Below, one piece after another: positions 54,600-64,000 of a stretch of DNA of 64,000 nucleotides (positions within the stretch are counted from its first letter, which is position 1; each line of letters starts with the position of its first letter). Made by a program: the position numbers and the translations under genes. The notes under the pieces are model-generated. The model was not told where the DNA came from. It worked only from the letters and a program-made list of their open reading frames with translations, and did not search any database. This DNA is from Psammoneis japonica (taxonomy: Eukaryota), in NCBI GenBank assembly GCA_008632985.1, contig QPGO01000078.1, positions 1 to 64,000 of the forward strand. The letters are read 5' to 3'.

Positions 54600-57500
54600 C
54601 TGCGCGGCGGGTGGCAGGTTCGCACTTTTTGATTGAGCATGGCTCATAGTTGATGCTACTGGATCTTTTACTCGAGAGCTCGAATCCCAGTACGTGGGTT
54701 TTGCACTGCCAAAAACACGCCGAAACCGCGCGAAGAGTAAAAGATCTTGAGATTCAGCCAATCAGAAGACGCGGAGCCAATCTTTCACGCTCGCTTCAGC
54801 AATAAATGCTTGTGTGGTGGAACCGCGCCCAAAAAAAATGTAGAAACAAACCCCGCAAGACAACTCGCAAAAAACAACTCCACACTCCCTGCCACATCGA
54901 CGTTCGAATCGTTTTGTTGTCAAAAACAACCATGGCACCAGGCAGAAAGAAAGGATCAAAGGACAAGAAACAAAGGAAGAAGAGGCGAGCTTTGACTCCA
55001 GAGGAGAAAGCAGAGAGGAGGAGGCAAATGGCTGCAAAAAAGGCCCGAAAGGGCAGGGAGGCCATGGCTGTGGCTCTGAATGGCGGCGCTGTAAGAACTC
55101 AAGCATCTTCTCCCAGGGCAGAGGAGAACAATCCACCAGAAGTTCAAGATGTGGATGAAGAAGAAGGGCAGCAAGACCCAGACAGAGACGAGCCCTCTTT
55201 GAGGATTGAGGACTTGCCTCCCGTGGTGGCAGAGCTGGATGATTTTGCTGAGTGTGATGATCTCATGGATGAAGACATCAGTGGACCCGGCGGGACCATG
55301 CTCAAATGCCTGAGGGCAGTCCGTGATAGACTCAGGGAAGAAACCACTGGGAATCTCGGCGGGGCTCTGAACAGAAGGTGGCTCTTGGAGCAGCTGAAAG
55401 AAAGTGATTGGAGAACTCCTGTCACAGATGCACGGAAGACTTGTCAGAAGCTTGGCATTGATTGTGAAGAGCCTTCATGCTGCCGAGAGATCATTGTTTG
55501 GCTGCCTCACATCAGGTGGGGTCCAGAAGCCACTCCATTTTGTGTCTCGTGCGGATCGAACCATCGAGTTGGCATTCACGGATGTCAAACAAATCACCAT
55601 GCAAGACGAGTTGTTGCCTGAACACATGCTGCTGTGCTGTGACAGCCCAGTGCATTTGTCACGGCTGCAAGGAACAACGAAGGCAAGGTGACGATGACGT
55701 GAGACAACACACTTTTGTGGGCCACAATCCCGCATCCACTGAACTGCTTCCTTGTGGATGCGGCGATGAGTTTCCTGCTTTCCTCACTCACAGGGCCGGA
55801 GTTGACAAGGAAACAGTGCTAGACCTCATGCGTCCAGTGCACGCAAAGGAATGCGCCCGGAAGCCCTTTCCAGCCTGCTTCTTGAGTTGCACTCCAAAAA
55901 GCACTGCCGTGAATGCATCAAACGGGAGAATGAGCACAAGCGTGAGAGGATGTTGAATCCAGAAGTCCGACGAAGCATGCACTCACCATTCTCTGACAAA
56001 TCTGGGATGTGACGGGCTTGTCCCCACCGGAAAGTATCTCGCTCACGTTCACAAGGAGTGCCACAAAACCATTCGATCGCATTTGGACAAGGAAGTGAAG
56101 AAGAGAGGTGCGCGCCGCCTTCACATTGATGCTTCATTCAAAGAAGCAAAACACCTTTGTCAATGCCACGGCAACCCCACATTCAAGGGGCTTGTCACCC
56201 ACGCAAATGAGTTTGGTGAGATGAGAATGCAACACCACGTGGCATCCGACAGCCATGACCAGATGCGGAATGCAATGTCCGCCTTTCTGAAGACAATTGA
56301 AGCGCATGGGCAGGATCCCGTGGAGCTTGCATTTGCCGACAAACCTGGTGCCGACAAAGCTTTCCTGCTTGACACGATTCCATCCCTGCAAGAATTTGAA
56401 GAACTGCACAACAAGAGCTGCACTGCAACCACCTCCGCTGCGGACAATGAATTCCCTGTCTGCAAAATTAACCCTGAAGACGTTCGTGTCCTGTGCAGCA
56501 ATGCTGAAACAGATGCGGCCATTGATGCTCTGCGAGACGTCACAAAGCAGAGAGCGGAAGGTGAGCGGGTGATCGGGCTAGATTGCGAGTGGCCAACAGT
56601 TGAGAACTCACGGGGCATGGTTGCATCAAGCGGCAAGACGGCCACAACGCAGCTGGCCTGCCGCTCAGATGACGGTGCCACCAAATGTCTCATGATGTCA
56701 TGGGGCAAAAGAGAAACATGCCACCCCGCCTTCGAGCTTTCTTGACCGACCCAGACATTCCATTTGCAGGCGTTGGAGTCACCGGCGACCTGAAGAAAAT
56801 TGGGAGAGATTTTAAGGATGAAAGATTAACCAAGAACTTGCCAAACGTTCAGAATCTCGGAATCTACGCTCGAAAGCGAGATGTGGCACATGACGGCACT
56901 GTTGGGCTCGACGCACTGGTCAAGCTGACCCTGAAAGAGACGCTGGAAAAACCAACAAATGTGAGACTGTCAGATTGGTCTGTCAAGCCACTCAGTCCAG
57001 AGCAAGCTGAGTGCGCTGCTGTTGATGCGGCCAAATCACTTGAGGTTTGCTTGTGCCTCAATGGGATGCCTGATCTTACAATGAGACTGTCCTCCAACGA
57101 GGCTGTCTCGAACATGGAAGTAGACGTTGTTCCAAGTCGTGGAAGTGTTTCGTCAATGGCAACAAGAGCTGGCTGGGGAATCATCACAGATGAAATGGAA
57201 GTCGCGAGTCCACCGAACTGCGCACCTTCCAAAATGATGGTTCAAAACACCAGTCACGCAAGAATTGTACGAGTCGACAAGGTGACTGCACCTCATCTCG
57301 TGGCACCTGGATTGAAAAAAAGCACTGGTGAAAAAGTCTGTCTGGGTGACTTTGGTGAGAGTCCATTTTCCGTAATGCTGCCGTTGTCCATGCTGAAGCA
57401 TCATGTGGAAAATGAAGATGTCCGAGATGCCCCTGCAGTCGACCGCATTGGAAACCAGAATGAAAACAACACAAGGACGGCACCTGCACCAGCACCCACA

Positions 57501-60500
57501 GCTGTAGAGCAAGAAGATGAAAGTGAGGAATTCGAGGAAACCAATGTTGACAATGATGACGCGCTTGATGCCAATTCCGCAACACTTGCCATGGAAGACA
57601 TCGAACACATGCGGCAATGCAAAGCCACAGCTAGCGACGCCGAGGCCGGGCGAATCACTCTTTCTCATCCTCATTTAGATGACCCGCTGCAGGCGCAAGA
57701 AGCACAGAACGTGTTCTCCGCGGTGAACGGCGACGGCTTTCATGGTGTTGACCGGCCAAAGACACCAGTTCGTCACATGTTCAAAAAGGCAATGAAAGTG
57801 GCACTCCGTGAAGCCGAGCATGCTTGGAATCCACAAAAACTAGAAGAAGCAAAGCAGGCCATGGTGGCTGATGGGTTGTCCGATGCCGAAATTGAACTTG
57901 AAATGTGCTGCCGAGCAAAGTTCTTTCGAGACTGTGTCGATCGCCGCAAGCTCCCTCCTGGACAGCTGCACTGGCGAGTCCACGCTGTCTGTGAGCTGCT
58001 GGGTTCCAAGACAGACAGTGCAACTGGACAACCACTCTTCAACAAGAAAGCCTGGAAGAAAGCCAATGGCGTGTTAAAAGACATTCTTGCAGGATGCGTG
58101 TCGGACCCTCCTGGAGTGTCATTCTGTGCTCTGCGCCTCGACAGCTCAGGAGAACCTGCAAAGAACAAATGCGGATTTCATCTGCTCGATTGCAACAGGG
58201 GAACAAGTGATGTTGAGTCGATTCACAAGCAAATGGTGACAACATTTGGAACGTGGTGTACCGGGGTGGAAATGTCTGACTGCCTTTTAAGTGAACGCCG
58301 GCATCGTCACAATCATCGATGCTCGGAGCGTCGACGACAGGGCTTCCCAAAGATTGGCCACTTCGACACGTGGTTGATTGACAGGCTGCAACTTCTCGTC
58401 ATGGACAATCACGGCGTCCTCTTGCATCCAGAATGGACAAATTCTAGCGACTACAAAGATGCAGCCGAGAGCTTTGATGCCATGCCCCTGCAAAATCAGG
58501 AGTTGGCAAACGCGGTCGAAGCTATACAGTTCGAGACCTGGACCAAGAGTGATGCGGGAAAACCAGGTGAGGAGAAAAAAGTGAAACTCGCTAGAGACCA
58601 GGCACATCTTGCTGCAGCAATGGGAGCCAAGCTCCCTTTCTTGCCTGTGCATGGTGTGGACGAGTTTCAACTTTTCTCCCGGTTTTGCCTCGAGTCTCCC
58701 TGCAACGCCGCACAGTTCTGTCTCGATTGGACCAAGCACTGCAACGGCACAACGATTTTTCCCAAGCTAGAGGTGCATCTTAACCTGCATCATGAAAAGT
58801 GGAAACGAAATCAAAGAGCCAAGGATGCAATTCAAGGTGCAAGGACTATCTTTGATGCACTGGCGCACCTGAATCAGACTCTTCTACCCGATGCTACAAC
58901 TGACGAGACCTCCAGCGATGTCGAAATAGAAGTCTTGGAAGACGGCAACTCCAACAAAGGTGATGCTCAACAGCAACAGCCCCCAACTCGCTCTGTGCAC
59001 TGGCCGATCCCACTTGCACCACGTGCTCTTGAAGTTCCATCCGAGAATGCTCGTCGCAACGACGACAGAATCATTGTAGTGGGCGGCACGCAAACATGCC
59101 CCGTGCACCCCATGTTGGCGGAAGGTGAACCTGCAAATGAAAGAGGCCCGAGAACAAGAAAGAGAGGTGAGCGCAGTGGTGACAACAAGAAAAGAAATAA
59201 ACGTCGTTGCATGCGCTGCGTCGAATTTGAGGGCGGGAACGCATGTGAATGCAAAGGCCGACATCCCTCGCACGGACGAGAGAAATGTGAATATTTCAGG
59301 GACAATGGGGATCCTGTTACTCACTCGTAGAAGAAAACTTACCTTATTTAGTCAATTGCTTTGAACATGTACACAAGCACAACACTAGCACCAAATCCGT
59401 CTTCATCCATTGGCACCGTGCGGATGGCGCGGGCCGCAGATGCAACAAAATGAGAACCAAGAGTGCAGGGTGAGCATGGCATGACTGTTTCAGGGAATAA
59501 GGAAAAACACATAGAACCATACTTAAACTATCTCACCATTCTCTGGCAACAAGTAGATTCCAAAATAATGTCATTCATTAGTCACGTCGACCACCCGTGG
59601 TTCGAGTACTTGATGCACTGTGTGTCTTGAGGTACCGTGTGACTTGAGGCATTGTTGCACTCCAGTTGGTGAGTCTTGAAGTGCCTCTTGATCTGCTCCA
59701 CTCGTCGTGGGATGGGCATTCAATTTTTGTAACTTGGTGACACTTCGTCACATAAATTAGGGACTTGCTGACGACAACCCTAGATTGATAAGGTGCAAGT
59801 CGTTCTAGCCCTTATCTATAGATCCGAAGGCCTTCAGAAACCACGAGAAGCCTCCACCTTGGACGAGATGGGAGCGACTCAGAAGCAACTGAACTGAAAT
59901 ATGTGAAACAATAAGGCAGAGAGCTAGACTGTGAGTAGTTGTCGAAACAGAAATCAGGCATATCATGAATGTTAACCAACAGATACCATCTTTTCAGCAT
60001 CTTACCTTGCACAATGATTCGATCGTGATGCCAATTCCATTGTCATTATGGAATCATTTGTACAATGATACATCATACGTCCGCTTCAGTCCTATGGTAA
60101 TGGAGACATTCTGGCTTGTAGCAACACCCAAACAATGAAGGTGACGACGGTGATGGTTTGCTGTTTGATGTGTTTGCTTTTTGAAAGAGAAATGGGAGCG
60201 ACGCTCAGTTTATGCTTCCTCTATAGAGACGAGTAAATTTATATAAAATTTGAACGACTAGTGCGAGTAAGCAAGGTCAATCTCACAATCGAACTGACGT
60301 ATGACAGACGTGCTGGATTCTGATTGGCTGAGGGGAAACATCTTTTACTTTTGTTCGGTTCTGATTGGCTGAAAGGAAGTGACGAAAGCCTTTTTTACTC
60401 AATTCTGATACGTATGGATCAGCACAAATTTTACATGCGCTTTTCTGGTAGGCCCACACACGTGCAGAACTTCGAGCTCCAAAGCCGCTTCTAAAAACAT

Positions 60501-60620
60501 CCAAAATGGTCTCGAGCTCCCGAGCAAAAGAGCTTCTAAAATGGAGGTTGGAAATGTAACGCCGACATCCACAAAACACAACGCTTTTCGAACGATGTTG
60601 TTGCAAGGCGAAAAAACAGA
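54600..60620. mobile_element. Zisupton/KDZ-like DNA transposon with imperfect subterminal inverted repeats
   Basis: 54664-54683 pairs with 60512-60531, and 54736-54767 pairs with 60318-60349, as inverted motifs. Outer ends are approximate. Confidence 0.65.
54932..59330 (+). pseudogene. DUF6729/Zisupton-like transposase with inserted DEDDy (WRN/RNase D-like) 3'-5' exonuclease, frameshifted and hypermutated
   Basis: Transposase: FPAFLTHRAGVDK, IDASFK, ANEFGEMR, AFADKP, then DGFHGVDR and RGTSDVESIH. Exonuclease: VIGLDCEWP, GVGVTGD, RLSDWS.PLS.EQ.ECAAVDA. Frameshifts near 55615, 55850 and 56700. Confidence 0.8.
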
Positions 60621-60621
60621 G

Positions 60622-60698
60622 TCTCTTCTCTCCTTTTTTCTCTTTTCTTTTCTCTTCTTTCTTTTTCTTTCCTTTTTTCTCCTCCTCTCTTCCCTTCC
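60622..60698. repeat. 77-nt pure pyrimidine tract
   Basis: Only C/T from 60622 to 60698, at a junction between two repeats. Confidence 0.95.
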
Positions 60699-60699
60699 G

Positions 60700-61950
60700 C
60701 TCTAAAATGCGCTCCAGTGGCATGGCATAAAAACCTTGAGCATTTCTATTTCTCCATCTGTTTGAGTCCCTTTTTCATTTTTGGGAAGCCTTTTCGTTAA
60801 AATGAATGACAAAAAAGAGAGAGCGCCAAAAAGATGGCCCACACATGTCGTCGACGAAACATGGCTCACATTGGCAATCAGCAGAAAAACTGAGAGTCAA
60901 ACATCAACCATCGGCGGAAAGAAAAGAGCCTCCACTGCTTGATTTGCAGCTGCCAGGCTGAAAAAAGGCAAGATCAAATCAGGTCAAATGTTTTTGTGAA
61001 AAAAAAAGGTCAGGGTCACCCACAAGGCTGTGTGTGAGCAGCTCTGAGCTCTGCTTCTCACACTGCACAGAGCTTGCTGATTGCCCATGATGAAATTCTG
61101 AAACACAAAATTCCAGCTGTTGTTTGTGTGTTGCCCCACATTTGCCAGCATGTGGTTTTCAAAACTGCTTTGTGCTGGCCACAGGCTTGTTGCAAGATTT
61201 GGTGAATGTCAGCACAAAAGTCTGCTGCACAAAGTGCTGGAAACACCCAGGCATTTGTGGAAGTCCTCCTGTGGCAACAGCCATTGGTTTCGTGAGATGA
61301 AGAAACTGAGCAGTTGGTGTGTTGCAGAACACTGCTTTCCACTCACTTTTGATGCTCGTGGTTTCTGCAAGGAAGCAAGCTGATTTTTCCCTTTTCTTGG
61401 GTGTGGAAACAATGTGTTGTTGTCAAATCTCATTGGCTCACTCAGCACCCTGATGATTTGCTGCTTCAAGCACATCATGTCTGCTTCACAAAGGCAGGCA
61501 GCACTGCTTGCCAACAAAAAACTTGGTGGCAACCAGCCCTTTTGCTGCAGGAGGAGAATGCCTTGTGGAAGAAGCTCTGGAATTCTCACTCACAGCCAGT
61601 GCTCTTTCTGAGATGAGAGATGTCATGTGCACGTGCAACTTTTGTGGAAAAGAATCTGAGGACAAAATGGTTGGCAACTGGCCAGCCATTCCTTTGCATT
61701 GCAGCAATGACTGTCTCTTGTGACGGATTCGGAGAAGCACAGGAGGTGTGTAATGAGGTCAGGCAGAAGCCCAGGAACTGCTCCCATGCTTTAAATTGTG
61801 CTGCCCTGTGGATAGCTGATTCGCTTCACTTGAGTTCTGCACACTTGATGAATTGTCTTGCCAGCTTCAAGCTGGGGGGAAACATGTCACTCACTCTGGG
61901 CATATGTTCAACCATCCTTCCAGAAGGTCTCCGGAAGTCTCGCGGACAGT
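60700..61950. mobile_element. Unclassified TpA/CpG-depleted repeat remnant
   Basis: Same compositional signature as the other TE blocks. No motif recognised. Confidence 0.55.
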
Positions 61951-62101
61951 GCGCCATACACAGTCGTAGCTTATAAGTTTCTATACCTTTTTCCAAAGCT
62001 TTCTCTTCTTTTCTTTTATCGATTAATAGCAATTCATAGCGACTACTTTGGCTGCGGTAAAATTATCTAGATTGAAGAAACTGTAGTCGTTCGTCCGTTT
62101 A

Positions 62102-62193
62102 GATCTTTCAAAGGCTCTCAGTCACACGTCATTATTTGATAGCCTTCGATCTTTCAAAGGCTCTCAGTCACACGTCATTATTTGATAGCCGTC
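62102..62193 (+). repeat. 46-bp tandem duplication downstream of the PP2C stop
   Basis: gatctttcaaaggctctcagtcacacgtcattatttgatagcc at 62102 and 62148. Confidence 0.95.
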
Positions 62194-62233
62194 TACGTAT
62201 CGTCTCTGCTCAATGAAACTGAAAACATGGCGA

Positions 62234-63502
62234 TCAAATGAGTTTCTTGACAATGAGCGTAATGTCATCTCTGTACCAACTCTCATTCTTGGGTGAAACA
62301 GCGAGAATCGTGTCAAGGCAAGTCACCAGCGGGTGATGATTCTTTCCCCTGTAGAAGCAATCAGCAAAGCGCTTGGCAAAAAATTGTGGGCGGCGTGCAT
62401 CCCATAAACCATCACTGGCGGCCAATACGAAACTTTGTTGTGGCAACAACGTTTCGAGATTCAGTACGTCCACAATCGGTTCAGCCGTCACGCCAACCGC
62501 TCCCCACTCCCAATCACCAATGCTACGACTCATTGCCAATCCAATCATCTCATGGTAAGCGACATGAGCCGTGCTATAAACAATCACCCGAGAAAGGGCT
62601 GGATTATTTGGTGGAGTATGAATGGTGCCATTCAACGCCTCAATCCTTGCACGTTCGTCTGGCAAATGTGGCTTGTCTCTACGACTCGCATAGGTTACGT
62701 TCTCGGCATTGGAAGATACCGTAACCACAAGTGTTCGGCTATCACCAACATTTGCTATAAACAGCTTGTTTCCTCGTCGTAGAGTAACTGACGCTGTGCA
62801 GCCACCCAGCATGGCATTTGGAGGTGCGTTGGCGTCAACCTCCACAAATGTATCCTTTAGGGTTTGCGCAATCCATGCATCATCCTGTATCCCTGAAACT
62901 TCATTGAACTTTCTTGCCAATGCATATGGAAGCTCCTTGGATGCATAACGAGCTACGAAATGTCCGTGTCGACCATGACCATCAAAAATTCCAATAAAAA
63001 AGTCAGAGGACGAAACCGTCTGCAACGTCGGAAAAGGATCCAACACAATGGCAGCATCCTGGTTGCCGGTCGGCTTTCGATTACTCATACGAGTCAAAGT
63101 TGCCATATCCATTGTTCCAAAGGGGAGAACGGGAGGCGGTTTTCTCGGATATTTGTTTCTAAATGTTCGAATGGATTCAATGTCATCTCGAACGTCGTCC
63201 ATTTCGTGAGGGAAAATTGGGCAACCATAATTTTCGCAGTCACTTTCAATACGACGACCGTTGTTTTCATTCGCTGTAAAATCGGGGATGCTCTTTTCAA
63301 CAGAGGTCGCCAAAATGCTTCTAGAGTACCACCTTGTACACGTCAATGCCAATCCAACTAAAACGCACAACGAAATTCTTTGATATCCAAAGGATCGTGC
63401 TTGGACCACGACTTTTTTCCCGTGAATTTTTTCTTCGTCGCTTTTCACAGAATTTCCAAGGCGTGAGGAGAGCCCTATTGATTGAGATGCTCGTGATCTC
63501 AT
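62234..63502 (-). CDS. PP2C/PPM family protein phosphatase with an N-terminal hydrophobic segment
   Basis: NQD, GIFDGHG, ANVGDSR, GLAMSRSIGD, LASDGLWD and DDIT motifs. Start at ATG 63502 is inferred. Confidence 0.9.
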   Translation of the reverse strand: MRSRASQSIGLSSRLGNSVKSDEEKIHGKKVVVQARSFGYQRISLCVLVGLALTCTRWYSRSILATSVEKSIPDFTANENNGRRIESDCENYGCPIFPHEMDDVRDDIESIRTFRNKYPRKPPPVLPFGTMDMATLTRMSNRKPTGNQDAAIVLDPFPTLQTVSSSDFFIGIFDGHGRHGHFVARYASKELPYALARKFNEVSGIQDDAWIAQTLKDTFVEVDANAPPNAMLGGCTASVTLRRGNKLFIANVGDSRTLVVTVSSNAENVTYASRRDKPHLPDERARIEALNGTIHTPPNNPALSRVIVYSTAHVAYHEMIGLAMSRSIGDWEWGAVGVTAEPIVDVLNLETLLPQQSFVLAASDGLWDARRPQFFAKRFADCFYRGKNHHPLVTCLDTILAVSPKNESWYRDDITLIVKKLI

Positions 63503-64000
63503 ACAAGAGTCATCAGCATTTAGGTAGTGCCGCAGCTCTATGCCGCGTTGGCGAAATGAGAAGGAAGGATAGATCGCAAAAATCAAAGATCTGGTCCCGT
63601 AATCCCGCACTGTACCGTACAGAGTGCAGACCTTGATTTGATGGACGACGAGGAAGAGAAGATAGAGCAAACAAAGCATCCTGGTAGTCTAGTTACCCTT
63701 GTGGATTGAGTCTCTGGTTTGACAGACCTGTTTTACTATGTACCGTAAGGTGTGCTAGTGTGCACATTCCTCACATTCAAAAGTTGAAAATTGCTCAAAT
63801 TTTATCGACTAATCTACCGGTTGCCATCATGCTTCACCATGTCTTACCTCGTAACTTCAACCAGTTCGACTTTCGATCTGCTAACTTTTTTCCTACCCTA
63901 CCATCGATTTTATTAGGTACTTCTAGTCATCCAACGAATATTGAAAATGAAGAACTGAGCTACTTTAGCTCTCTTATTCTAAGTACTGTGCATCCTGAAA

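Noticed and set aside
59400..60200. Second protein-coding gene of the element on the minus strand
   Set aside because: An intron-like segment exists, but no convincing spliced ORF could be built.
60283..60723. 146-aa Lys/Glu-rich ORF
   Set aside because: Translation of the pyrimidine tract plus TE terminal sequence.

Overview
Eukaryotic nuclear DNA, most likely a pennate diatom: it has bipartite plastid-targeting peptides (SSA-FAP, VLA-FSS), 70-113 nt GT-AG introns and diatom-type Ty1/copia gag/RT. The GTG/TTG starts in the ORF track therefore do not apply. Host genes are a plastid-targeted lysine methyltransferase, a small plastid membrane protein, a CENP-K-like kinetochore protein, a bacterial-looking membrane protein, a giant (~4,790 aa) secreted beta-helix/EGF/Ig/FN3/mucin protein, D-aminoacyl-tRNA deacylase, a probable mitochondrial protein and a membrane-anchored PP2C. 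These alternate with transposon blocks: two Zisupton/KDZ-like elements (one fused to a DEDDy 3'-5' exonuclease), a 5.1-kb element with 66-bp TIRs, nested copia elements, a Plavaka-like remnant, a MITE and minisatellites. The main observation is that almost every TpA dinucleotide in transposon DNA, but not in host genes, has been converted to TpG or CpA (A:T->G:C on either strand). This is visible directly: all 3 TpA sites differ in this way between the two TIRs of one element, and conserved Tyr codons have become Cys/His. It is complete in elements that still retain their CpGs, and it fades next to genes. It looks like a RIP-like but TpA-specific, GC-increasing hypermutation process acting on transposons, distinct from 5mC deamination and from fungal RIP.
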